Positions 18,201-34,000 of a stretch of 64,000 nt of DNA are shown here, piece by piece (the stretch's first letter is position 1; each line of letters opens with the position of its first letter). The position numbers and the translations under genes are program-made. This DNA comes from Bugula neritina (taxonomy: Eukaryota > Animalia > Bryozoa), in NCBI GenBank assembly GCA_964035545.1, contig OZ037771.1:9800480-9864479 (forward strand), in the 5' to 3' direction. Below the pieces are notes generated by a model. It had not been told where the DNA came from and searched no databases. It saw nothing but the letters and a program-made list of their open reading frames with translations.

Positions 18201-21200
18201 ACTGAAACAAACTGCAACATTCTGAAGTTCACTGTAAAATAATGAAATACAATGCAACACATTGGAATATACTGCAACACACTGAAATTTACTGCAACAT
18301 ACTGAAATATACTGCAACATACTGCAACATACTGAAATACACTGTAACATACTGTAACATACTGAAATACACTGCAACATACTGAAATACACTGTAACAC
18401 ATTGAAATATATTGCAACATACTGAAACACACTACAACTCACTGAGGTATAGTGCAATATACAAAAATGTACTGTAACATACTGATATTTACTGTAACAC
18501 ACTGAAATATACTGCAACATACTGAAGTACACTGTAACATTCGGAAATAAGCTGCAACATACTGCAACATACTGAAATACACTGTAACATACTAAAATAC
18601 ACTGCAACATACTAAAATACACTGCAACATTCTGCAACATACTTCAACATACTGAATCACACTGTAACATAATGAAATACACTGCAGCACATTGAAATAT
18701 ACTGCAACATACGGAAATGTACTGCAACATACTGAAATACACTGCAACATATTGAAGTATATTGTAATATGCGGACATGTACTGTAACATACTGAAACAC
18801 ACTGAAACATACTGAAACATACTGAAACATACTTCAACACACTGAAATATACTAAAACATACTGAAATATACTGCAACATACTGCAACGTACTGAAATAC
18901 ACTGAAACATACTGAAATATACTGAAACATACTGAAATACACCGTAACAAACTGAAATACACTGCAACAAGTTGGAATATACTGCAACATACCCAAATAA
19001 ATGGTAATATACTGAAATATGCTGAAATACACTGTAACACATTGAAAAATACTGCAACATACTGAAACACACTACAACTCACTGAAGTATAGTGTAACTT
19101 ACTGAAATGTACTGTAACATACTGATATTTACTGCAACACACTGAAACATACTGCAACATACTGAAATACACTGTTACATGCCAAAATAAACTGCAACAT
19201 ACTGCAACATACTGAAATACACTGTAACATAATGAAATACACTGCAAAATACTGCAACATACTGAAGTACACTGTGAAATATTGAAATACACTGCAACAC
19301 ATTGGAATATACTGCAACACACTGAAATATACTGCAACATACTGAAATGTAGTGCAACATACTGCAACATACTGAAATACCCTGTAACATACTGCAACAT
19401 ACTGAAATACACTGTAGCAAACTGAAATACCCTGCAACACATTGGAATATACTGCAACATACCCAAATATATGGTAACTTAATGAAATACCCTGCAACAT
19501 ACTGCAACATACTGAAGTACACTGTAAAATATTGAAATACACTGCAACACATTGGAATATACTGCAACATGCCCAAATAACTGGTAATATACAGAAATAT
19601 ACTGAAATACACTGTAACACATTGAAAAAGACTGCAACATACTGAAAGACACTACAACTCACTGAAGTATAGTGTATTATACGGAAATGTACTGTAACAT
19701 ACTGATATTTACTGCAACACACTGAAATATACTGCAACATACTGAGATACACTGTAACATACCATAAAAAACTGCAACATACTGCAACATACTGAAATAC
19801 ACTGTAACATACTAAAATACACTGCAACATTCTGCAACATTCTTCTACATACTGAAAGACACTGTAACATAATGAAATACACTGCAACACATTGAAATAT
19901 ACCGCAACGCACTGGAATATACTGCAACACATCCAAGTACATCGTAATATACGGACATGTACTGTAACATACTGAAACATACTGAAACAAACTGCAACAT
20001 TCTGAAGTACACTGTAAAATATTGAAATACAATGCAACACATTGGAATATACTGCAACACACTGAAATTTACTGCAACATACTGAAATATACTGCAACAT
20101 ACTGCAACATACTGAAATACACTGTAACATACTGTAACATACTGAAATACACTGCAACAAACTACAACATACTGAAATACACTGTAACACATTGAAATAT
20201 ATTGCCACATACTGAAACACACTACAACTCACTGAGGTATAGTGCAATATACAAAAATGTACTGTAACATACTGATATCTACTGTAACACACTGAAATAT
20301 ACTGCAACATACTAAAATACACTGCAACATTCTGCAACATACTTCAACATACCGAATCACACTGTAACATAATGAAATACACTGCAGCACATTGAAATAT
20401 ACTGCAACATACTGAAATGTACTGCAACATACTGAAATACACTGCAACATATTGAAGTATATTGTAATATGCGGACATGTACTGTAACATACTGAAACAT
20501 ACTGAAACATACTTCAACACACTGAAATATACTAAAACATACTGAAATAAACTGCAACATACTGCAACATACTGAAATACACTGAAACATACTGGAATAT
20601 ACTGCAACATACTGAAATACACTGTAACATATTCAAATACCCTGCAATATTCTGCAACATGTTGAAATATACTGAAACACACTGAAATATACTGCAACAC
20701 ACTGAAATATACTGCAAAATACTGAAATATACTTCAACATACTGCAACATACTGAAAGACACTACAACTCACTGAAGTATAGTGCAATATACAGAAATCT
20801 ACTCTAACATACTGATATTTAATGTTACACACTGAAATATACTACAACATACTGAAATACACTATAACATACCGAAATAAGCTGCAACATACTGCGACAT
20901 CCTGAAATACACTGTAACATGATGAAGTACACTGCAGCACATTGAAATACACTGCAAAAAACTGAAATATACTGCAACATACTGAAATGTACTGCAACAT
21001 ACTGAAATACATTGCAACATATCGAAGTATATCGTAATAAACGGACATGTACTGTAACATACTGAAACACACTGAAACATACTGAAACTTACTGAAACAT
21101 ACTGAAACATACTGAAATCCACTGCAACAAACTGCAACGTACTGAAACATACTGTAACACGATGAAATACACTGCAACACATTGAAATATACTGCAACAA

Positions 21201-24200
21201 ACTGAAATATACTGCAACATACTGAAACGTACTGCAACATACTGAAATTAATTGCAACATATCGAAGTATATCGTAGTAAACGGACATGTACTGTAACAT
21301 ACTGAAACACACTGAAACACACTGAAACATACTGAAACATACTGAAATCCACTGCAACATACTGCAACATACTGAAGCATACTGTAACATTATGAAATAC
21401 ACTGCAATACATTGAAATATACTGCAACAAACTGAAATATACTGCAACATACTAAAATGCACTGCAACATACTGAAATACATTGCAATATATCGAAGTAT
21501 ATCGTAATATACGGACATGTACTGTAGCATGCTGAAACACACTGAAACATACTGAAACATACTGAAATATACTGAAATATACTGAAATACACTGTAACAC
21601 ATTGGAAAATACTGCAACATACTGAAAGCCACTTCAACTCACTGAAGTATAGTGTAATATACTGAAATGTACTGCAACATACTGAAATACATTGCAACAT
21701 ATCGAAGTATATCGTAATAAACGGACATGTACTGTAACATACTGAAACACACTGAAACATACTGAAACATACTGAAACATACTGAAACATACTGAAACAT
21801 ACTGAAACATACTGAAATCCACTGCAACAAACTGCAACGTACTGAAACATACTGTAACATGATGAAATACACTGCAACACATTGAAATATACTGCAACAA
21901 ACTGAAATATACTGCAACATACTGAAACGTACTGCAACATACTGAAATTAATTGCAACATATCGAAGTATATCGTAGTAAACGGACATGTACTGTAACAT
22001 ACTGAAACACACTGAAACATACTGAAACATACTGAAACATACTGAAATACACTGCAACATACTGCAACATACTGAAGCATACTGTAACATTATGAAATAC
22101 ACTGCAATACATTGAAATATACTGCAACAAACTGAAATATACTGCAACATACTAAAATGCACTGCAACATACTGAAATACATTGCAATATATCGAAGTAT
22201 ATCGTAATATACGGACATGTACTGTAGCATACTGAAACACACTGAAACATACTGAAACATACTGAAATATACTGAAATATACTGAAATACACTGTAACAC
22301 ATTGGAAAATACTGCAACATACTGAAAGCCACTTCAACTCACTGAAGTATAGTGTAATATACGGAAATGTACTGTAACATACCGAAATAAACTGCAACAT
22401 AATGCAACATACTGAATTACACTGTAACATACTAAAACACACTGCAACATTCTGCAACATACTGCAACATACTGAAATACACTGTAACATGATGAAGTAC
22501 ACTGCAACACATTGAAATATACTGCAACAAATTGAAATACACTGCAACGTACTGAAATGTACTGCAACATACTGAAATACATTGCAACATATCGAAGTAA
22601 ATCGTAATAAACGGACATGTACTGTAACATACTGAAACACACTGAAACATACTGAAACCTACTGAAACATACTGAAACATACTGAAACATACTCAAACAC
22701 ACTGCAACATACTGCAACTTACTGAAACATACTGTAACATGATGAAATACACTGCAACACATTGAAATATACTACAACAAACTGAATTATACTGCAACAT
22801 GCTGAAACGTACTGCAACATACTGAAATTAATTGCAACATATCGAAGTATATCGTAATATACGGACATGTACTGTAACATACTGAAACACACTGAAAGAT
22901 ACTGAAACATACTGAAAGATACTGAAACATACTGAAACATACTGAGATACACTGCAACATACTGCAACATACTGAAATACACTGTAACATGATGAAATAC
23001 ACTGCAACACATTGAAATATACTGCAACAAACTGAAATATACTGCAACATACTGAAACGTGCTGCAACATACTGAAATACATTGCAATATATCGAAGTAT
23101 ATCGTAATATACGGACATGTACTGTAACATACTGAAACGCACTGAAACATACTGAAACATACCGAAATATACTGAGATATACTGAAATACACTGTAACAC
23201 ATTGAAAAATACTGCAACGTACTGAAAGACACTTCAACTCACTGAAGTATAGTGTAATATACGGAAATGTACTGTAACATACTGATATTTACTGTAACAC
23301 ACTGAATTATACTGCAACATACTGAAATACACTGTAACATACCGAAATAAACTGCAACATAATGAAACATACTGAATTACACTGTAACATACTAAAATAC
23401 ACTGCAACATTCTGCAACATACTTCAACGTACTGAAAGACGCTGTAACATAATGAAATACACTGCAACACATTGAAATATACCGCAACAGACTGGAATAT
23501 TCTGCAACACATCCAAGTACATCGTAATATACGGACATGTACTGTAACATACTGAAACACGCCGAAACATACTGAAACATACTGAAACATACTGAAACAT
23601 ACTGAAACATTCTGAGATACACTGCAACATCCTGCAACATACTGAAATACACTGTAACATGATGAAATACACTGCAACACATTGAAAAATACTGCAACAT
23701 ACTGAAAGCCACTTCAACTCACTGAAGTATAGTGTAATATACGGAAATGTACTGTAACATACTGAAACACACTGAAACATACTGAAACATACTGAAACAC
23801 ACTGAAACACACTGAAACATACTGAAACATGCTGAAATCCACTGCAACATACTGCAACATACTGAAGCATACTGTAACATTATGAAATACACTGCAATAC
23901 ATTGAAATATACTGCAACAAACTGAAATATACTGCAACATACTAAAATGCACTGCAACATACTGAAATACATTGCAATATATCGAAGTATATCGTAATAT
24001 ACGGACATGTACTGTAGCATGCTGAAACACACTGAAACATACTGAAACATACTGAAATATACTGAAATATACTGAAATACACTGTAACACATTGGAAAAT
24101 ACTGCAACATACTGAAAGCCACTTCAACTCACTGAAGTATAGTGTAATATACTGAAATGTACTGCAACATACTGAAATACATTGCAACATATCGAAGTAT

Positions 24201-27200
24201 ATCGTAATAAACGGACATGTACTGTAACATATTGAAACACACTGAAACATACTGAAACATACTGAAACATACTGAAACATACTGAAACATACTGAAATCC
24301 ACTGCAACAAACTGCAACGTACTGAAACATACTGTAACATGATGAAATACACTGCAACACATTGAAATATACTGCAACAAACTGAAATATACTGCAACAT
24401 ACTGAAACGTACTGCAACATACTGAAATTAATTGCAACATATCGAAGTATATCGTAGTAAACGGACATGTACTGTAACATACTGAAACACACTGAAACAT
24501 ACTGAAACATACTGAAACATACTGAAATACACTGCAACATACTGCAACATACTGAAGCATACTGTAACATTATGAAATACACTGCAATACATTGAAATAT
24601 ACTGCAACAAACTGAAATATACTGCAACATACTAAAATGCACTGCAACATACTGAAATACATTGCAATATATCGAAGTATATCGTAATATACGGACATGT
24701 ACTGTAGCATACTGAAACACACTGAAACATACTGAAACATACTGAAATATACTGAAATATACTGAAATACACTGTAACACATTGGAAAATACTGCAACAT
24801 ACTGAAAGCCACTTCAACTCACTGAAGTATAGTGTAATATACGGAAATGTACTGTAACATACTGATCTTTACTGTAACATACCGAAATAAACTGCAACAT
24901 AATGCAACATACTGAATTACACTGTAACATACTAAAACACACTGCAACATTCTGCAACATACTGCAACATACTGAAATACACTGTAACATGATGAAGTAC
25001 ACTGCAACACATTGAAATACACTGCAACAAATTGAAATACACTGCAACGTACTGAAATGTACTGCAACATACTGAAATACATTGCAACATATCGAAGTAA
25101 ATCGTAATAAACGGACATGTACTGTAGCATACTGAAACACACTGAAACATACTGAAACATACTGAAACATACTGAAACATACTGAAACATACTCAAATAC
25201 ACTGCAACATACTGCAACATACTGAAACATACTGTAACATGATAAAATACACTGCAACACATTGAAATATACTACAACAAACTGAATTATACTGCAACGT
25301 GCTGAAACGTACTGCAACATACTGAAATTAATTGCAACATATCGAAGTATATCGTAATATACGGACATGTACTGTAACATACTGAAACACACTGAAAGAT
25401 ACTGAAACATACTGAAAGATACTGAAACATACTGAAACATACTGAGATACACTGCAACATACTGCAACATACTGAAATACACTGTAACATGATGAAATAC
25501 ACTGCAACACATTGAAATATACTGCAACAAACTGAAATATACTGCAACATACTGAAACGTGCTGCAACATACTGAAATACATTGCAATATATCAAAGTAT
25601 ATCGTAATATACGGACATGTACTGTAACATACTGAAACGCACTGAAACATACTGAAACATACCGAAATATACTGAGATATACTGAAATACACTGTAACAC
25701 ATTGAAAAATACTGCAACGTACTGAAAGACACTTCAACTCACTGAAGTATAGTGTAATATACGGAAATGTACTGTAACATACTGATATTTACTGTAACAC
25801 ACTGAAATATACTGCAACATACTGAAATACACTGTAACATACCGAAATAAACTGCAACATAATGAAACATACTGAATTACACTGTAACATACTAAAATAC
25901 ACTGCAACATTCTGCAACATACTTCAACGTACTGAAAGACGCTGTAACATAATGAAATACACTGCAACACATTGAAATATACCGCAACAGACTGGAATAT
26001 TCTGCAACACATCCAAGTACATCGTAATATACGGACATGTACTGTAACATACTGAAACACACCGAAACATACTGAAACATACTGAAACATACTGAAACAT
26101 ACTGAAACATTCTGAGATACACTGCAACATCCTGCAACATACTGAAATACACTGTAACATGATGAAATACACTGCAACACATTGAAAAATACTGCAACAT
26201 ACTGAAAGCCACTTCAACTCACTGAAGTATAGTGTAATATACGGAAATGTACTGTAACATACTGATATTTACTGTAACACACTGAAATATACTGCAACAT
26301 ACTGAAATACACTTTAACATACCAAAATTAACTGCAACATAATGCAACATACTGAATTACACTGTAACATACTAAAATACACTGCAACATTCTGCAACAT
26401 ACTGCAACATACTGAAATACACTGTAACATGATGAAGTATAGTGCAATATACAGAAATGTACTCTAACATACTGATATTTAATGTTACACACTGAAATAT
26501 ACTGCAACACACTGAATTATACTGCAAAATACTGAATTTAACTTCAACATACTGCAACATACTGAAAGACACTACAACCCACTGAAGTATAGTGCAATAT
26601 ACAGAAATGTACTCTAACATACTGATATTTAATGTTACACACTGAAATATACTACAACATACTGAAATACACTGCAACATACCGAAGTAAGCTGCAACAT
26701 GCTGCAACATACTGAAATACACTGTAACATGATGTAGTACACTGCAACACATTGAAATATACTGCAACAAACTGAAATATACTGCAACATACTCAAATGT
26801 ACAGCAACATACTGAAATACATTGCAACATATCGAAGTATATCGTAGTAAACGGACATGTACTGTAGCATACTGAAACACACTGAAACATACTGAAACAT
26901 ACTGAAACATACTGAAACATACTGAAATACACTGCAACATACTGCAGCATACTGAAACATACTGTAACATTATGAAATACACTGCAACACATTGAAATAT
27001 ACTGCAACAAACTGAAAAATACTGCAACATACTAAAACGCACTGCAACATACTGAAATACATTGCAATATATCGAAGTATATCGTAATATACGGACATGT
27101 ACTGTAACATACTGAAACACACTGAAACATACTGAAGCATACTGAAACATACTGAAACATACTGAAACATTCTGAGATACACTGCAACATACTGCAACAT

Positions 27201-30200
27201 ACTGCAACATACTGAAATACACTGTAACATGATGAAATACACTGCAACACATTGAGATACACTGCAACAAACTGAAATATACTGCAACATACTGAAATGT
27301 ACTGCAACATGCTGAAACGTACTGCAACATACTGAAATTAATTGCAACATATCGAAGTATATCGTAATATACGGACATGTACTGTAACATACTGAAACAC
27401 ACTGAAACATGCTGAAACATACTGAAACACCCTGAAACATACTGAAATACACTGCAACATACTGCAACATACAAAAACATACTGTAACATGATGAAATAC
27501 ACTGCAACACATTGAAATATACTGCAACAAACTGAAATATACTGCAACATACTGAAACGTACTGCAACATACTGAAATTAATTGCAACATATCAAAGTAT
27601 ATCGTAATATACGGACATGTACTGTAACATACTGCAACGTACTGAAATACACTGAAACATACTGAAATATACTGAAACATACTGAAATACACTGTAACAA
27701 ACTGAAATACACTGCAACAAGTTGGAATATACTGCAACATACCCAAATAAATGGTAATATACTGAAATATACTGAAATACACTGTAACACATTGAAAAAT
27801 ACTGCAACATACTGAAACACACTACAACTCACTGAAGTATAGTGTAACTTACTGAAATGTACTGTAACATACTGATATTTACTGCAACACACTGAAACAT
27901 ACTGCAACATACTGAAATACACTGTTACATGCCAAAATAAACTGCAACATACTGCAACATACTGAAATACACTGTAACATACTCAAATACCCTGCAATAT
28001 TCTGCAACATATTGAAATATACTGCAACACACTGAAATATATTGCAACACACTGAAATATACTGCAACATACTGAAATGTACTGCAACATACTGAAATAC
28101 ATTGCAACATATCGAAATATATCGTAATAAACGGACATGTACTGTAACATACTGAAACACACTGAAACATACTGAAACATACTGAAACATACTGAAACAT
28201 ACTGAAACATACTGAAATCCACTGCAACAAACTGCAACGTACTGAAACATACTGTAACATGATGAAATACACTGCAACACATTGAAATATACTGCAACAA
28301 ACTGAAATATACTGCAACATACTGAAACGTACTGCAACATACTGAAATACATTGCAATATATCGAAGTATATCGTAATATACGGACATGTACTGTAACAT
28401 ACTGAAACACACTGAAACATACTGAAGCATACTGAAACATACTGAAACATACTGAAACATTCTGAGATACACTGCAACATACTGCAACATACTGAAAGCC
28501 ACTTCAACTCACTGAAGTATAGTGTAATATACGGAAATGTACTGTAACATACTGATATTTACTGTAACACACTGAAATATACTGCAACATACTGAAATAC
28601 ACTGTAACATACCGAAATAAACTGCAACATAATGCAACATACTGAATTACCCTGTAACATACTAAAATACACCGCAACATTCTGCAACATACTGCAACAT
28701 ACGGAAATACTCTGTAACATGATGAAGTATAGTGCAATATACAGAAATGTACTCTAACATAATGATATTTAATGTTACACACTGAAATATACCGCAACAC
28801 ACTGAAATATACTGCAAAATACTAAATTATACTTCAACATACTGCAACATACTGAAATACACTGTAACATGATGTAGTACACTGCAACACATTGAAATAT
28901 ACTGCAACAAACTGAAATATACTGCAACATACTGAAAGGTACTGCAACATACTGAAATACATTGCAACATTTCGAACTATATCGTGGTAAACGGACATGT
29001 ACTGTAACATACTGAAACACACTGAAACATACTGAAACATACTGAAACATACTGAAACATACTGAAATACACTGTAACATGATGTAGTACACTGCAACAC
29101 ATTGAAATATACTGCAACAAACTGAAATATACTGCAACATAGTGAAAGGTACTGCAACATACTGAAATACATTGCAACATTTCGAAGTATATCGTAGTAA
29201 ACGGACATGTACTGGAACATACTGAAACACACTGAAACATACTGAAACATACTGAAACATACTGAAACATACTGAAACACACTACAACTCACTGAGGTAT
29301 AGTGCAATATACAAAAATGTACTGTAACATACTGATATTTACTGTAACACACTGAAATATACTGCAACATACTGAAATACACTGTAACATACTGCAGCAT
29401 ACTGAAACATACTGTAACATTATGAAATACACTGCAACACATTGAAATATACTGCAACAAACTGAAAGATACTGCAACATACTGAAACGTGGTGCAACAT
29501 ACTGAAATACATTGCAATATATCGAAGTATATCGTAATTTACGGACATGTACTGTAACATACTGAAACACACTGAAACATACTGAAACATACTGAAATAT
29601 ACTGATATATACTGAAATACACTGTAACACATTGAAAAATACTGCAACATACTGAAAGACTCTTCAACTCACTGAAGTATAGTGTAATAGACGGAAATGT
29701 ACTGTAACATACTGATATTTACTGTAACACACTGAAATATACTGCAACATACTGAAATACACTGTAACATACCGAAATAAACTGCAACATAATGCAACAT
29801 ACTGAATTACACTGTAACATACTAAAATACACTGCAACATTCTGCAACATACTTCAACGCACTGAAAAACACTGTAACATAATGAAATACACTGCAACAC
29901 ATTGAAATATACCGCAACAGACTGGAATATACTGCAACACATCCAAGTACATCGTAATACACGGACATGTACTGTAATATACTGAAACACACTGAAACAT
30001 ACTGAAACATACTGAAATATACTGAAATATACTGAAATACACTGTAACACATTGAAAAATACTGCAACATACTGAAAGCCACTTCAACTCACTGAAGTAT
30101 AGTGTAATATACGGAAATGTACTGTAACATACTGATATTTACTGTAACACACTGAAATATACTACAACATACTGAAATACACTGTAACATACCGAAATAA

Positions 30201-31039
30201 ACTGCAACATAATGCAACATACTGAATTATCCTGTAACATACTAAAATATACTGCAACATTCTGCAACATACTGCAACATACGGAAATACTCTGTAACAA
30301 GATGAAGTATAGTGCAATATACAGAAATGTACTCTAACATACTGAAATACACTGTAACATGATGTAGTACACTGCAACACATTGAAATACACTGCAACAA
30401 ACTGAAATATACTGCAACATACTGAAATGTACTGCAACATACTGAAATACATTGCAACATATCGAAGTAAATCGTAATAAACGGACATGTACTGTAACAT
30501 ACTGAAACACGCTGAAACATACTGAAACATACTGAAACATACTGAAACATACTGAAACATACTCAAATACACTGCAACATACTGCAACATACTGAAACAT
30601 ACTGTAACATGATGAAATACACTGCAACACATTGAAATATACTGCAACAAACTGAATTATACTGCAACATACTGAAACGTACTGCTACATACTGAAATTA
30701 ATTGCAACACATCGAAGTATATCGTAATATACGGACATGTACTGAAACATACTGAGATACACTGCAACATACTGCAACATACTGAAATACACTGTAACAT
30801 GATGAAATACACTGCAACACATTGAAATATACTGCAACAAACTGAAATATACTGCAACATACTGAAACGCGCTGCAACATACTGAAATACATTGCAATAT
30901 ATCGAAGTATATCGTAATATACGGACATGTACTGTAACATACTGAAACGCACTGAAACATACTGAAACATACCGAAATATACTGAGATATACTGAAATAC
31001 ACTGTAACACATTGAAATATATTGCCACATACTGAAACA
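281..31039. repeat. 15,379-bp tandem duplication (two near-identical copies, ~281-15660 and ~15660-31039)
   Basis: The ORF track recurs at a constant +15,379 offset (286/15665, 3750/19129, 9435/24814, 14955/30334). I found only three substitutions by eye (2591 vs 17970, 8514 vs 23893, 11415 vs 26794). The match breaks at 15661/31040. Confidence 0.95.
5900..10840. repeat. ~2.5-kb internal duplication within the higher-order repeat, itself containing a ~700-bp duplication
   Basis: ORF offsets 6011/8501 (2,490), 7855/10355 (2,500) and 5869/6569 (700). Shared rare variants such as cattggaaaa and aaagccacttc. Boundaries are approximate. Confidence 0.8.
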
Positions 31040-34000
31040 CACTACAACTCACTGAGGTATAGTGCAATATACAAAAATGTACTGTAACATACTGATATCT
31101 ACTGTAACACACTGAAATATACTGCAACATACTAAAATACACTGCAACATTCTGCAACATACTTCAACATACTGAATCACACTGTAACATAATGAAATAC
31201 ACTGCAGCACATTGAAATATACTGCAACATACTGAAATGTACTGCAACATACTGAAATACACTGCAACATATTGAAGTATATTGTAATATGCGGACATGT
31301 ACTGTAACATACTGAAACATACTGAAACATACTTCAACACACTGAAATATACTAAAACATACTGAAATAAACTGCAACATACTGCAACATACTGAAATAT
31401 ACTGAAACATACTGGAATATACTGCAACATACTGAAATACACTGTAACATATTCAAATACCCTGCAATATTCTGCAACATGTTGAAATATACTGAAACAC
31501 ACTGAAATATACTGCAACACACTGAAATATACTGCAAAATACTGAAATATACTTCAACATACTGCAACATACTGAAAGACACTACAACTCACTGAAGTAT
31601 AGTGCAATATACAGAAATCTACTCTAACATACTGATATTTAATGTTACACACTGAAATATACTACAACATACTGAAATACACTATAACATACCGAAATAA
31701 GCTGCAACATACTGCGACATCCTGAAATACACTGTAACATGATGAAGTACACTGCAGCACATTGAAATACACTGCAAAAAACTGAAATATACTGCAACAT
31801 ACTGAAATGTACTGCAACATACTGAAATACATTGCAACATATCGAAGTATATCGTAATAAACGGACATGTACTGTAACATACTGAAACACACTGAAACAT
31901 ACTGAAACATACTGAAACATACTGAAACATACTGAAACATACTGAAATCCACTGCAACAAACTGCAACGTACTGAAACATACTGTAACACGATGAAATAC
32001 ACTGCAACACATTGAAATATACTGCAACAAACTGAAATATACTGCAACATACTGAAACGTACTGCAACATACTGAAATTAATTGCAACATATCGAAGTAT
32101 ATCGTAGTAAACGGACATGTACTGTAACATACTGAAACACACTGAAACACACTGAAACATACTGAAACATACTGAAATCCACTGCAACATACTGCAACAT
32201 ACTGAAGCATACTGTAACATTATGAAATACACTGCAATACATTGAAATATACTGCAACAAACTGAAATATACTGCAACATACTAAAATGCACTGCAACAT
32301 ACTGAAATACATTGCAATATATCGAAGTATATCGTAATATACGGACATGTACTGTAGCATGCTGAAACACACTGAAACATACTGAAACATACTGAAATAT
32401 ACTGAAATATACTGAAATACACTGTAACACATTGGAAAATACTGCAACATACTGAAAGCCACTTCAACTCACTGAAGTATAGTGTAATATACTGAAATGT
32501 ACTGCAACATACTGAAATACATTGCAACATATCGAAGTATATCGTAATAAACGGACATGTACTGTAACATACTGAAACACACTGAAACATACTGAAACAT
32601 ACTGAAACATACTGAAACATACTGAAACATACTGAAACATACTGAAATCCACTGCAACAAACTGCAACGTACTGAAACATACTGTAACATGATGAAATAC
32701 ACTGCAACACATTGAAATATACTGCAACAAACTGAAATATACTGCAACATACTGAAACGTACTGCAACATACTGAAATTAATTGCAACATATCGAAGTAT
32801 ATCGTAGTAAACGGACATGTACTGTAACATACTGAAACACACTGAAACATACTGAAACATACTGAAACATACTGAAATACACTGCAACATACTGCAACAT
32901 ACTGAAGCATACTGTAACATTATGAAATACACTGCAATACATTGAAATATACTGCAACAAACTGAAATATACTGCAACATACTAAAATGCACTGCAACAT
33001 ACTGAAATACATTGCAATATATCGAAGTATATCGTAATATACGGACATGTACTGTAGCATACTGAAACACACTGAAACATACTGAAACATACTGAAATAT
33101 ACTGAAATACACTGTAACACATTGGAAAATACTGCAACATACTGAAAGCCACTTCAACTCACTGAAGTATAGTGTAATATACGGAAATGTACTGTAACAT
33201 ACCGAAATAAACTGCAACATAATGCAACATACTGAATTACACTGTAACATACTAAAACACACTGCAACATTCTGCAACATACTGCAACATACTGAAATAC
33301 ACTGTAACATGATGAAGTACACTGCAACACATTGAAATATACTGCAACAAATTGAAATACACTGCAACGTACTGAAATGTACTGCAACATACTGAAATAC
33401 ATTGCAACATATCGAAGTAAATCGTAATAAACGGACATGTACTGTAACATACTGAAACACACTGAAACATACTGAAACATACTCAAATACACTGCAACAT
33501 ACTGCAACTTACTGAAACATACTGTAACATGATGAAATACACTGCAACACATTGAAATATACTACAACAAACTGAATTATACTGCAACATGCTGAAACGT
33601 ACTGCAACATACTGAAATTAATTGCAACATATCGAAGTATATCGTAATATACGGACATGTACTGTAACATACTGAAACACACTGAAAGATACTGAAACAT
33701 ACTGAAAGATACTGAAACATACTGAAACATACTGAGATACACTGCAACATACTGCAACATACTGAAATACACTGTAACATGATGAAATACACTGCAACAC
33801 ATTGAAATATACTGCAACAAACTGAAATATACTGCAACATACTGAAACGTGCTGCAACATACTGAAATACATTGCAATATATCGAAGTATATCGTAATAT
33901 ACGGACATGTACTGTAACATACTGAAACGCACTGAAACATACTGAAACATACCGAAATATACTGAGATATACTGAAATACACTGTAACACATTGAAAAAT

